A stretch of DNA of 64,000 nt from Dicyema japonicum. Lineage: Eukaryota; Animalia; Dicyemida. The stretch is taken from NCBI GenBank assembly GCA_011109175.1, contig RDEW01000015.1, positions 1,080,868 through 1,144,867 of the forward strand, written 5' to 3'. The translations under genes and the position numbers were made by a program. The notes beneath the pieces are model-generated. The model saw only the letters and a program-made list of their open reading frames with translations, did no database searches and was not told the DNA's origin. How positions within the stretch are numbered: the stretch's first letter is position 1; each line of letters starts with the position of its first letter. Below are positions 50,201 to 63,299 of this stretch, piece by piece.

Positions 50201-52099
50201 TGCGAAAAGCAAGTCTTATATATTATAAATATATTGATAGGTTTGCGATAACAAGTGTGACTCAAATTGTTTACTAAATTACTTAACCTACAACGGAATA
50301 GAATGCCTAAATTACAACCTCTTGGACGCACTAAATTGTAAAAAGTTAAAACATTGTCTTTCTGTAAATTCTGATGGATATTGTGATGAAGAATGCAACA
50401 GTGAGGAATACTTGTATGATGGATTGGACTGTTCAAGAGTAATAGAGAATAAATATTTTAGAACAAAAAGTTACAATGTCTTCAGCAACCCCTATGTGTC
50501 GCTGAATACGGAAACAATATCTGCAATGAGGCTTGCAACACATTTGAGTGCTCATATGATGGATTCGACTGTCTTTCAACTTATCAGCTTCCTCATCCAA
50601 TCGTTGTTGTGTTATCTATGGATTATAATATTGAGTCGATCAAAAGGTTAGTAAAGCATTTACAATTCAAGGTATTTAAAAATCTGGAGTATCCTAACTG
50701 GGACTGTTTTACGCCTAACTTCCAAGAATGGAGCTGAGCCGTATGAAATCGACATGGACAATTACAAATTTACAGGGTTTATTGAATTTATGTAAAATAG
50801 AACAAAGATCAAACTTTCAGTAAATATGCCCAAATCGAAAATGGAAAATTCCTCTTTTTCCAGTTCAGAGCAAGTGGCTGGATTTCTGTCGTTAATGGGA
50901 AAACGGGGATATTCTAAAATTGGAAGTCTTCATGACAAATTTTCAGTAATTCACAAAGCATACAGTATTTGATTGTATTAATTATGCAGCTGAGAAAAGT
51001 TCACCGAATATTGATTTTATTTTCCTTATTGCTGCAATCATAATTTTCGCAGTAATCGCAATTGTAAGAAAGCAAATAATAAACTCAAAAATGATAAAAA
51101 TCCACAAAGACAAAATGGTAGAATGGTATTTTTTGAGTAAATAATTCACAGGAATAGTGAGGTCTGTGGGAATAGAGTTCAGTATCATTACTCTGAAAAC
51201 AGTTCATTAAACATAATTTTGTGCCCAAAAGACAAACTCGTTAAAATGAATTGGTCACGTGGAATTTCGTCATATTTAAAAGCTTCTATGATTTCTGTTC
51301 TTGAAGTAAGTGATTGTGAGAAAGAATGTTTACTTCACACAGCATGTCGGCATAATTTGAGTGCCCACGTGAAAGTGTTTGTTGAAGAATGTAACCCAGA
51401 TTTATTCCTCTGTGATGAAAATGGCTACAATATTTTACATTTATGCGCAATTGCCAACGCCTATGATACTGTTAACGTTTAAAATCATAATTATTATTTA
51501 CTAGGTTCTATTAAATTTCAATCAAAAACTAATTGATAGCAAAACAAAAGACGAATTCACTTCATTAATGCTAGCTGTGAGATTTCAGGCGACAGAATGT
51601 GCTGTTCTGCTGCTGATAGAGCGACACTGTCTTATAAACCTTACTAATAAATATGGTTACCATTGTGAATTACAAATGTAGGACAAACTGCTGTGCATAT
51701 TGCAGCTAGTCTGAATAATATTAGAGTTTTACAAGTTATCAACAGTAAAGGAGCCCATTTCTTGCATTCTGTGGATAAAAAGGTACGTGGATCAGTTCAT
51801 TTATATAGAAAGACACTGCATTACATTCTGCTGTATACGAGGGGGCTTGGGAGGCCTGTAGATATTTAATGATGGTTGGATTGGACGTAAATGCTTTTAA
51901 TGGAGCTAATAAGACTCCACATGATATAGCGGTCGAAATGGGACATTTTGAATTTGCAAGATACTTGATTAACGTTTATTCAAGAGTTAATACCCCGAAT
52001 TTAACTAATAATCATGGGAAAAAGCGACGTATGCAATTAGAAAGGTATCCTTACAGAAAGGATGTGCCTCAAACCCCAGTTAACTTTTATAATCTTTAA
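47243..52099 (+). CDS. NOTCH: Notch receptor: signal peptide, about 21 EGF repeats, 3 LNR, TM, ankyrin repeats, short tail
   Basis: EGF repeats (CLNGGRC, DVDEC), LNR (DGYCDEECNSEEYLYDGLDC; ICNEACNTFECSYDGFDC), TM IDFIFLIAAIIIFAVIAIV, ANK (LLHTAC, GYNILHLCA, FTSLMLAV, GQTAVHIAA, KTPHDIA). Confidence 0.9.
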
Positions 52100-52139
52100 T
52101 AAAATGATTTTGTGTTTCAAATATTAAGGAACAGTCAGC

Positions 52140-52320
52140 CGAGTATCATACAACGGCCACCCTGACTCCGTGGCTATTCCCTCTCTGGATGGCGAGCGAG
52201 ATTCGCTCAAATAGCCAGCAGCACTCACGGGGATCTCCTGTTTGTGTAGAAACCCGATTTCCTAGAAGACCCAGGAATTCCAGCGTCCAGGCGAAAAGGA
52301 ACTGGAAGTTTCACTGTCCC
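52140..52320 (-). mobile_element. CRE-like 3' end, second subfamily
   Basis: Homologous to 38445-38630 and 57330-57460. Confidence 0.72.
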
Positions 52321-52531
52321 ACACAAAAATGTACAATAAATGAATGTTTAGAGACATCTTAACCGAATACTATTTTTGTTCATTCACCTTAAACAAATTA
52401 TGAAAAAACAAACCAAAGTCTTTAATAGGCCTCTATTCCAGAAACGAAGATTACATGCAGTTTCGGAGTCTTGTGATTTGCTACTTGTGAAAAGAAGGGC
52501 AATAATAGCAAGTAAACAAAGAATATAAAAA

Positions 52532-53525
52532 TCAAAGAAAGTAATTCTGGATAACTCTATTAACAGAGTCCCCCTGTCTTGGTGCTGTATCAAACTGAAG
52601 ACTAAAATAAATAAATAAATAAACAAAGTGTAGGAATCATCCACAATCATAATAGCTGCTTGATTATTACATCTATAGCAGTAATTAGGAGCACTAAATA
52701 TAGTCACCACCATTTTCTCATGACACCAATTATACCCCTCCATTACTAATTGGTGGGCTCTTGATATAAGACAAAGTCCATTCACTGCACAGAACAGTGA
52801 GGACACATCTGATCCAAATGTGAAGCCAGCACCTCTGGGAGACTGTCCCCACGAAAGGTTCTCATCAGGATCAGACCACAATAGATCACACATTGGTCCC
52901 TCACTTGGTACCTCTTGAATTCTGTCCAACAAACGAATATGGTCGAGGGAATCCACAGAAGGAGAAAGTCCCCCATGAAGACAAAATATCTAATATAACA
53001 GACATACAACTTTATCATTGATAAGAGCACAAATGGGCATAAAATCAAATAAATGAGTGAAATACTTCCATACTTGCACATTTCCATACTTTTTCATGCA
53101 TTCATCATAAAATCCATAAACTTGGGTCACTTGTCGACTCTCATGGTTACCCCGAAGAATGGTTACTCTATCACGATATCTTACCTGCTTTTATTAAGTG
53201 TAATACTTTGAGTGCTATAAGAAGACTCACAGTTTCAACAGAGTGGTAACCCCTGTCTACGTAATCTCCCATAAATAAATAATTTGTGTTTGGAAGGGTC
53301 CCACCTATTCTGAAAAGCTCCATTAGATCATGAAATTGTCCATGAATGTCCCCACATATTGTGAGTGGGGTGGTTATATCGGTAATATTTCCTTCGTCAC
53401 TAAATATTTCTATGGCCTAAATGATAGAAGACGATAACCTTAGAACAAAGTGTTTGTATTTGCTGTTCATTCAGTATTTTGCAGTCATAAAGCTGTTCAA
53501 TCCACGAATCCAATTCTTTAAACAT
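52532..53525 (-). CDS. PPP2C: Protein phosphatase 2A-type catalytic subunit, divergent
   Basis: [62 protein letters not shown]; ends RVIQNYFL*. Confidence 0.9.
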
Positions 53526-53599
53526 ACCTGAAAATGCAACAATAAAAATTTGAAATTATTTATTTAAAATAAATAATTAATTATTAAAATAATTAATAA

Positions 53600-53960
53600 T
53601 CATACAATTGTCCTCATCAACTTTATATGCAGACCATATGAGCAACATAATCTCCTATTTCCAGCGAAAATTAAACTTTGTAAAAACGCTACTTGGATAC
53701 TACAAGAGATGGTTCAACCCAGCAGTAGATCATCTCTACTACCAATATATACTTCTGTTAATCAGTCACTGCTGCGCCGCATGGGGTTCTAACATATCCC
53801 ATACCAACCTAAAGAAATAAAGTGATTCGTCCATACCGGAAGTGTGTCGGCACTCGAGAGGAACACCGAAGAAGATGAGGCGGCTGCTCAAGGGGCCGGG
53901 ATCATCTGACGGGCACTACCTTCCATTGCTTTGTCGGTGATTCGTGGTTTTTTAAATTAA
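53600..53960 (+). mobile_element. LINE 3' fragment
   Basis: LYYQYILLLISHCCAAWGS; GC-rich 3' end resembling other LINE tails. Confidence 0.5.
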
Positions 53961-54004
53961 TAAAAAAATCTAGAAATGAGTACTAAAACCGTTTTACTCC
54001 CAAT

Positions 54005-54311
54005 GGCCGGGTGGCACAGTGTAATAAGTACCGGGCAAAAGGCCTGATGGCCCTGGTTCAAATTTCGTCGTTGTTCATTCCGGCTGAAGGTTCCACGCAT
54101 CTACGTTTTTTGGCTTGACAAGTGACGCCGTCATCAGTGAAGATTTCACTGCGGAACCGGATCATCTATGAAGGACTCAACGTAACAAAAAGAAAAAAAA
54201 GAAGTGAAGATTATTTCTTTGTTCCCCTTCATAACTGTTTTTTACTTTAATAATGTGTGTGTCCTGACTGGGTTGAGCTATAGGTAATATGGCTAAGGGT
54301 AAAGTGCGGTA
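54005..54311 (+). mobile_element. tRNA-derived SINE, family B, full length, with 12-bp TSD
   Basis: tttactcccaat at 53993-54004 and 54312-54323; A box tggcacagtg, B box ggttcaaatt; same core and tail as 41685. Confidence 0.85.
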
Positions 54312-54899
54312 TTTACTCCCAATACAATGAGCCATGCATTTCCTACGCTTGTGCCTCATAAGGGCCTTCGATTTCTTGGACTAATGCTCTGAAAATCGCG
54401 GCTACACAAAAGAAGGCTTTTGGAGTATAGATAATGATCTAAGGAAAAAAGAACATGGCGACACCCTTGGAGATCCTAATCCGAAGGAATAGCGATGAAG
54501 GACTGATCTAACGTGATCAAGAGAAAACCTGACTTTAACAAGTTTATGTTGGATCGAGAGAGGAACATCGAGCCAAGCTGAGAACCTAGATTAAATTTGT
54601 CTGGATCACTTAGTTTGTTTTTTGGTTTAACGGTGGTGTTGAAATAAAGATTTGATTTGAGATCTCTCCAATCCACCAATCAGAGTCCTCGCTACGCTCG
54701 TTTATTTTATGGAAACACTCCTCTCTACCGACATACTGGATGATGCGAAAGATGTTCTCTATTCCTTTTCAACCTCTCCAAATTGAGAGCAAATTACCTT
54801 TTTAAAATGTCCTGAACTGGCTGAGGTGTTGAAAACATGTTTTCTTCGCGCTTAATTACCCCTTTTTTTCCTCTGTACTTTCTATACTCGAGGTTTAAG

Positions 54900-56150
54900 T
54901 TCATTACCAAAAGATATCAACTGTAACACGATTTATAATTTATCGAATCAGTATTTGCTGTTTTCAAGAAACAAAAATTACCGCATTTATGGGCTTGAAT
55001 TTGCAGTTCACAGAGATCTTTGTGACACGTGTATGGGCTATATCGGATCATACTGCAGTCATGCAACTCAAGTTCGGAGCGAAACCCTTTATTCATCTCT
55101 AAAATCTATGAATATGCTCCGACTGTTCCCCGAGTTGATGCCGTCTTATTCATGCTTGACTATGACATATGACTCACTTTCGTCATCATTTCTGACATTT
55201 ATTGGTGGAGATTAGAATGCCAGAGTTGGTAAAACGCGAAATGAGGAGACTTATATTGGATCGCATGCTCGGAACCGCCAAATTTCTTGTGATTTATCAT
55301 TAGTCCAATTTGGCGCATTATACAACTTATTTATTACGAATACTGCTTTTGATCATCCGGCAAGACAACACACTATTTTGGTTAGTTCAAGAAAGGACCA
55401 AAATGGGAACCTGACTAAAATATATAACCAAATCTACACTATCTTCTGTAGAAGAAATAACAGAAACCTTATTTGAAACTCGTGATCTTATGAAACGTTT
55501 AATGAACACTGATCACAAATTATCGATACCCGATTTTTAGAAAGTTTGTATAAACCTGTGAAGCATGGAAAACCGGAGCTTGAAAAATTTGATATATAAA
55601 AACTATTAATAAAAAAAATGAAATATTACAGCGATAAACTCAAAAAGGAGATAATTAGATACCAACTATAGCGCACAGAATCTGTGGAGTGACGTTGAAA
55701 TCACAATGAAGAAAACTGGTTTTGGAAACTGCTCATAAAAATAAAGCATAACAATGAAGAAATATCTTCCTTATCTGGAGAATAAAAGAATTTAAGGATC
55801 AGAATTAACAATTCAAATATACCGAATGTGGATGACTCAATATACGATACGATATACGATGCACTACGAAGATCACTAACGCAAAATTATACCGACGATC
55901 GAGATGGAGACTGTTTGGTTACAGAGGATGAACTTCTGAGTCCCAACAAACAGTGTGATGGAGGAATATTTAATGGAACAAGGAAGATTATTCAGAGGAA
56001 GGCCCGGACAACTCTACCTTCTGTGATAAATGAAGAGTTAAAAGGCGTCGGCAGAAAATTAAAAAAAACAGACGATCTCGATGAATTAACTTGCGAAAAA
56101 GAGGGGATCTTGGATGAGATTGATACAAAGGGTGATTGGAGCGGTACAAG
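54900..56150 (+). mobile_element. RTE LINE APE-domain region, decayed
   Basis: YGLEFAV, FIGGD*NARVGK, LFITNTAFDHPARQHT. Confidence 0.7.
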
Positions 56151-56199
56151 GGAACCTTAATTGACTTTTTTTGTTTTTATATGTACTCGGCGGTACCGA

Positions 56200-56332
56200 T
56201 AATAATGTCCTGAATTAGTTCGCTGTTTGCCTACCATGGCAAAATTGACCGATGTATGGAGCAACCTGCTACTTAATAGCCGCTGGTCTCCTGTAAGTTA
56301 GTGAGGTAGGGGTTACTTAACTAACTAACTTT
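56200..56332 (+). mobile_element. Short LINE 3' end with (TAAC)n tail
   Basis: Reverse complement of 27240-27330. Confidence 0.65.
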
Positions 56333-57109
56333 ATGTGATTTTTTAAGTTTTATACAATTTTAAAAACATATGACTTTTTGACTTGACAGCTAACATGTAA
56401 CCAGCATGGGGCGTGCGTGACATATTAACCCATGAGAACCACGAGAAGAGGATAGAGTTCTCTAATTAAGCAATCCCAATGTTTATTCCTGCCTTTCTCA
56501 AACAGTTTATCTTGGAATTTTCATGAAAAGAAGGATTTTTTTCATATCTTGAAGAAGATACCAGATTTTACGTAGCTTTCAACTAAGAAAATGATTTGAG
56601 GACATGGCTATTTGAAGAAATCTCGATGAGGTTCGGTCGGGTAATCCATAATTGAGGTGACGTTTAATGATTTCCGTAAGAGCAAAGTAGTTGCCCATTT
56701 CGGGTATAGCATTAAGATTCTGAAGCTTTGGTTCTGTATCATTACCAATTTTCTCTACGTCGATAACGTAAGCTGGAAAATGCCGCATAAACGTATTTAA
56801 CGTTTGGTAAAGCAGGTTATATAAAAGTTCCAACTATGGGATAAAAAACTTGAGAATGCAAAACAGCCTTTAATATTCACATCTTTATTTTGGACCCTCG
56901 AGGATACCAAATCCACTTGATGTGGGGAATGATAAAACTGGATCAAGGACAAAATCAGTCGGTTATGAGTATTTTTTGTAAAGTTGATAGTTTGAAGCCA
57001 GAGAATTTTAAAAGATTAGTTAGGATGCGTGAAAGCGCACAGATATTGTAGGCCGGTCGAGACGAGAATCGGCTAATTAGTCATTTTAAAATAAATTTAA
57101 AAAAAAACT

Positions 57110-57470
57110 GGGATGAATATCTTCCACTTTGAATTCGGGAAACTTCTTGTCTGGGACGTCAGCTGCACCGACACGTTTTCCCCTTGCAACCTACTCCAGA
57201 CTGCCTCTGGAGCCTGTACTCCTGCTGAGAAGGCCAAGAGGTTGAAACGGGCAAAGTACACGGTCATAACCAATGATTTTTTGTTTGTTCAATTGGCCGT
57301 CGAAACGTCGGTTCCCTTGCGCATGTAACGCTGGAATTCTTGAGTCGTCTAGGGAATCGGATATCTACACGATCAGGAGATCCCCAAGAGCGCTGCTGGC
57401 TATTTGAGCGAATCTCGCTCGCCATCCTGAGAAGGAATAGCCACGCAATCAAGGCAGCCTCAATATGACC
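57110..57470 (+). mobile_element. CRE-like endonuclease/3' end remnant
   Basis: GKLLVWDVSCTDTF..AEKAKRLKRAKY..FVQLAVET, then ERCWLFERISLAILRRNSHAI. Confidence 0.8.
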
Positions 57471-57562
57471 ATTTACTCTATTTTCCATAATAAATGATTT
57501 TTGAATAAAATCTAAAATTAGAAAAAGGCATAATTAGTATTAAACCAAATATAATTAGTAAA

Positions 57563-59155
57563 TTATTTAGGTCCTAGCATATGTTCTGGACGAACCATTT
57601 CATTAAATTGAGATTCTGTTAATATTCCGAGTTGGACAGCTGATTCTTTTAGGTTTATTCCTTTTGCATGGGCATTCTTTGCAATTTTAGCAGCTTTATC
57701 ATATCCAATATGAGGATTAAGGGCAGTAACGAGCATCAATGAGTTCTCTAAATTCCTCTTAATGTTATCTCTGTTAGCTGAGAGTCCAACCACACAGTTC
57801 TCAGTGAAGGAATTACAGCAGTCAGCTATAAAAATCACCACAAAAGTAACAAATGAGGGAAATCGAATGTAGAACATTCCGGACAATCATTGGCTTGAAG
57901 ACATTTAACTGCAAATGACCACAACTTCCCCCAAAAGTGACAGCCACGTTATTTCCCATAACCTGAGCAGCCACCATTGTCATTGCCTCACATTGTGTGG
58001 GATTCACCTTCCCTAATATTCACTTAAAATAACAACCAGGCATTATTGACGACCCGGGTTCATTTTCGGGAGACAAAGTTCCCCCAATCCACATCGAGGA
58101 CCTGATCCCAACAACCTGAGGTCATTGGCTATCTTCATTAGACTGCAAGCAATCGTATTTAAAGCTCCATGGGTTTCCACAAGGGCATCGTGGGCAGCTA
58201 AACCTTCAAACTTGTTTTCCCAACTAACAAATGCAAAGTCTAAGATAAACGAACTAAATCAAACTTGTTTCTTTGGCAATCTCATTGGCAACATCCTCAG
58301 CAAACCCACGTGCAGAATTTAGTCCAGTCCCTACTGCTGTTCCTCCTATATTGATAAATTATCAAAACAACCAATTGCAAGTTGTACAAGTCTCGGCATA
58401 GTGTCACGTGCTCTTATAATAGAATTATTCATTTGTTGCACAAAAGCACTGAATTCTTGTCCCAAAGTAAGTGGAACAGCATCCTAACGACTAATTTAGT
58501 ATAAATGCCTGAAGATGAGTTCTTCCAATTTTAATAACATCCGCAAATTCTTTAGATTTAACATTAAGGGCATCTCTGAGCTTTTCCATGGAAGGGATTA
58601 ATCTCCGATTCAGTTCAAGGACCACGGCTATGTGCATTGCTGTAGGAAAGGCATCATTAGAACTCTGATTTACAATAATCCCAACTTGTCCCATATTAAC
58701 GTGATCATTAGGATGAACAGGAACTTTAGAGCCAATTGTACCATTAAGGCTTTCAATGGCGAGATTGGAGATGACTTCGTTCATGTTCATGTTTGTCTGT
58801 GTTCCTGAACCAGTCTGCCACACAACAAGGGGGAAGTTATCCTCATCCACTTTATTTAATAAAATCTTTAATATTTTGATATTATAAACTAAATTAGAAG
58901 CTTTAATTATTGCTTCGGCTAGTTCTGATTTGAGACCATATTTTTGATTGACAGAGGCTGCGGTCTTCTTTAAAATGGCGAATGCTTCGATTACTGGCCT
59001 CTTTTAAATTAAATAACTGTACTGACCGGCATTCGCTCGGATTTTCCTCCAATGTTAAAATTTTTGAGAGACCGGGCTGTATTTGCACCGTAGTAATATT
59101 GGGATGGTACTTTGATTTCTCCAAATGAATCTGTCTCTATGCGGAAAGTAGACAT
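57563..59155 (-). CDS. FH: Fumarate hydratase, class II
   Basis: [83 protein letters not shown]; a targeting exon may lie upstream. Confidence 0.95.
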
Positions 59156-59288
59156 GCGACAAAATGTATATTTTATTGGTTCTAAATTATAAATTAAGAC
59201 AAACTCAATTGACACAACCTTATCATTTAATAATAAAGATTTATTTAATTTTATTATTATTATTCTTTCTTGTTTTAATCAGGAACTA

Positions 59289-59570
59289 TGCCACGTGGTG
59301 CCAAAGTTACTGTGGTTCTATGTGGCTACATGAATTGAAGATTATTTGTTTAATTCTTCTGTTCCTCCTCTTCCCTTTTGAGTCTAGGGAGCTTGAATTG
59401 TTTGCGTGCGTCATGTAGTTAACCATTTCTGGTGGCGCCAGATATAATTCAAAATCATATTTAAAAATAACCATTAGTCAACGGAGTTCCCCCTGGACGG
59501 CACTTCCTTCAAGTCCGAGCATACAAAGACTGCTGAGAGAGGCCAGGATCGCCTGAATTTTTTCATTCTG
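59289..59570 (+). mobile_element. SINE-like or deleted LINE derivative with leader hairpin, pseudoknot module and LINE-like 3' end
   Basis: gccacgtggtgcc..tggttctatgtggc head, module at 59408-59473, gagagaggccaggatcgcc end. Confidence 0.45.
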
Positions 59571-61080
59571 GCTATGACGGTGTTTTCTGGTTCAATAAAT
59601 TTAAAAAAAAACATTTAAAACCAAATATTTTTGGAATCTGTGTCATGTTTTCCGAAAATATAGAGACTAGGCGAAATTAACAACATTTTCGGAGATCTGT
59701 ACAGATACATCCACAGTGACTCAGCACGCATAATGAATAAAAAATTTATCCTCAACTCTCGCGATGATGTGATCGCCCTCAATAACCTCTCAACGAATTA
59801 CTGATACACCCACATTCCCTGATATTGCGTTATCTTCTCTCGCATCAATGGGACTATCGATTTTGAACATTCTGTATTGTTTCTCAAAAAGCATAACCCC
59901 ATTATTGTACAGTTCAAATGTTAGATTTATGCCAAACTGTAAAATTAAAAAATTTGCGAAAGCAATTTGTGGTGGGGGCTTCAGTAAAGTAAGTAATTAT
60001 AAAGTAAACACTGCAAATTAAGTGATGGGAAATAATATGAAACGGTAGGGCTTGCCAACCGACTTCTACCCCGACAGTTTCTCCAAGAAATCCGTAAACA
60101 CAGGGTAAGCTCTGAAGATAAGTAGATACTTTAGTGCGTTTTTGAAACCTCGAATAAGATTTTCGATGGTTCCACCAATCTCCACATTTTTCTTAAAACC
60201 ATAGGGGAATTGGCACAAGAAGATTCATCCCGTAAGCAAGCTTTAGAGCAAAATTACGCGTTTTTTTTAATTTTTTGAGAATTGAGTTTCTCCTTTTTGA
60301 GTTGTACTATCTTTTTCGAGCATTCAGTAAGTGAATACCACCTATTTTGGGATGGGGGGGGACCGATATCATGATTGATAAAGAAGTAAATATGCTTACC
60401 ATTATCATTCCCTAAGCTGATAAACTATTCATCCCTATATCTTGCACAAAGACTTCGCATCCACTTCCCCTCATAAGGAAGGCAATAGACTGTCTTCGCA
60501 TCCACTCCCCTCATAAGGAAACAATATACTCTAACGATGCAGATACACTTTACGCTATAAAGCACATTAACATCTCTATTTCACAGCAAATACGATGACT
60601 AAATACACAAAAATGTAGTCTCCTAATTGGATACCTCGACCTCAAGGGTTCATACAACTCAAAGATTTTGAAACGCATTAAAACTCACCTAAAAGATGAG
60701 AATTTTGCTGTTTCCCTTAGAAGAAAGAATACATAAAAACTTGTTAGCAAACTCAAAAAAATTTTATATGACCTTCAGTTATAAAAAATATCCGAAACCC
60801 TTCAAGATAGTGCTAGTGAATTAGCATTCCATGTGACGACCTCTAAGGTCGACAATTTCGTGGTGAATAAAACTAAGTTGAAAAATATTAATTGTCCCAC
60901 AATGGAAATACCGGAGAGAGAGGGAGTCTCTCTGAGGTGTGCGACATAAGCTTACTATGAACATGAAAAGTGCATTACTAATAATTCATATTAATAAACT
61001 CAAATTTAAACTGCATTTAATGGTTAAGTAGCATGTTAATAATTTATAAATTAATAATCGTTTTATTATCATGGAAACGA

Positions 61081-62294
61081 ATGAATCGCCATAATATAAT
61101 ATCTTACAACAAAGCAATAATTTCCTCAGCATTGCAAGCTAATTTATGCAATAACTTGAAACCAACCAAAAAACATAAAATTTTAAGTTGTAAAGATAAT
61201 TCATTTAGAAATATTTCCCCTCTCAATTAAGGAGTTAATAACAACTGAAGACAAAATCTTGGAAACTGAGCGACCTGTCATCAAATTTGGTGTAATTTAA
61301 GATAATTTAAAGCTCATTTTTATATCTCCAAAATGAAAAGCGCTCTCAGTCGGAATGGGAAAAAATTAAAAGTGAATGTTTTCAGCGTGAAAGTTCTGAT
61401 GATGTCTGCCCAATATGCCACGATGAGTTATATTTGAGTGCTCAAGTATTCTAAGACTAGTAACTATAGGTTCTTCTTTCATGTTCTCACATATTTCACT
61501 TGGTTGTTGTATAATAAATAACAGAAATGTTTGAATGAGGCTAAAAAACGATCCCAAAATGCATGTCCACTTTGTAGATCTACCAATTATGAAGCTATTT
61601 TGACTTATGAAATATCCAGAAAACGGCTAATCGCCGCTGCAATAACGTTGTATAACATAAGTAACTGTAAGGATCCAAAAATACTGGCGGGGTTACAAAT
61701 GTCGAAAGTCTATTGTTAACATAATAACAACTCTACCAGGAAACAGCAAAATTAAGAAAAATTATTTGTTATGCAAATTCAGAGAGAATGTGAATAATTC
61801 TCGTAATTTAGTGGATCGACAAACAAAATATATTGACAGTTTTATTACTCAGATAGACTCAAATGTAACACTTAGTAAGACCACAATGAATGAATATAAT
61901 GAAAAAATTAAAAATATAAAAAAATCAGATTGGGAGAGAATAACACTGATTGTATATATTTTATTAATATTAGGGTTTGGATAGGAATGAACAGAATTGT
62001 CCCATTTGTCTAAGAACATTATTCTCAAGTTTTAAATACAAAGATTATTTGGATAAAATACATAATATCCTCAAAATACCTAAAACCAAAGAAGATTTAA
62101 TATCATCTCTTGCTTCTACATTAAAAAGTGTGCCAGGTTGTGAGCTTGTTGTGTTATCCTGCACTCACATTTTTCATGAAAATTGTATTAAAACTTATGA
62201 AAATGTTGTACCCTATCCAAGAAGGAATATTTGTCCTGTTTGTAAGCAGAAGGACTTTGTTACAAGAAGGATCTCACATGAACTATTTATTTGA
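61081..62294 (+). CDS. RNF32: RING finger protein 32 (two RING-H2 domains)
   Basis: LSQSEWEKIK..CPICHDEL..VLLSCSHIFH..ACPLCR; second RING CPICL..VVLSCTHIFHENC..CPVCK. Confidence 0.85.
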
Positions 62295-62479
62295 ATTTAT
62301 TCTAATATATATTTCTAGTGTCTTTTTTAAATCAATTTAATTTTTCATAATTTGTTCATTTACTCCCGGTCACCTCAAGTGGTGGCTAACAAAAACATGA
62401 CTACCAATGACGGACATTTCTAGATATCCAAAAGGTTGATCCTGTGCGAGGAAGACACAGAATGCGTAGGAACGAAAAA

Positions 62480-62760
62480 GTGAATAGGCTTACCCGAATA
62501 TCCCGGGTAAAACCAAACTAACTAATCCCGTGATCCTGACGCATTCCAATAGAAACCTCATCCAAGCACAGTGATCCAGAGGACATTGTCCGGGGAGCTG
62601 AGGTCGATTCCAGAACTCGTCCCCAGGGAACGTAATTGTCTCCCGGTGAAAAAAAGATGGATCCTTTTGAATGCCGGCGTCTCCCGAGTAAGATGGATCC
62701 GATGACACCAATGGAAGGAAAATAGAAAAATCTTTAATCAAGCATCCACACATGGCTTTT
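62480..62760 (-). mobile_element. SINE-like element, family C (diverged)
   Basis: ggtgtcatcggatccatcttactcgggagacgcc..ggatcc; ends caggatcacgggattagttagtttggttttaccc. Confidence 0.7.
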
Positions 62761-63299
62761 GATGTCAATCTTTTTAAGCCTTCCACAACTGTTAAGCAAA
62801 TTCAGAGAGAATTCAACGCAAAGAACTCTCTGTGGTTTTCTTGTGATAATTCCGACCAAAGAGGTCTTCACATATCAACGGAATTCGAGAACCACGTGAT
62901 CTTTAATATTACACATTCACACATAAGAACCGAATTCACTCTGGGGGCTCAAATACTTCCCCAGATCTCACCATATGTTCTACTGAGGTTTCATCTCTTA
63001 CTTTCTGGAACGTCATATATGATCTCCAATCAGATCGCAATCCCATCCTTTTGTTCATCAAAACTTTCCACTCGAGAAATACAACTGGAAGACCTTTATT
63101 AATTAAAAAGAGGGAAATGGGTAGAAAATTTCAATTCGCTTGATTCTGCTGCAAAATGTTTCAATTATAATTTCTGCTGAAAATTCATTCCAAGGGGTGT
63201 ATTCCTGGGGCTAAGACGTTTATCATTAGAGAGGTCATATTCCTTATAAAGGAAAATGGGATTTGAAAAGAAGCAACGAGTATTAGAAGCATCTCTTTA

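Noticed and set aside
47865-51188. Minus-strand ORFs in the track (47865-48233, 50089-50436, 50982-51188)
   Set aside because: Antisense shadows of Notch exons; the same applies to plus-strand ORFs over the CRE copies
56579-56833. 84-aa minus-strand ORF
   Set aside because: No recognisable motif, splice context or second copy
60455-60520. Short direct duplication ttcgcatccact(t)cccctcataaggaa
   Set aside because: Single local tandem duplication in decayed TE sequence, with no wider pattern
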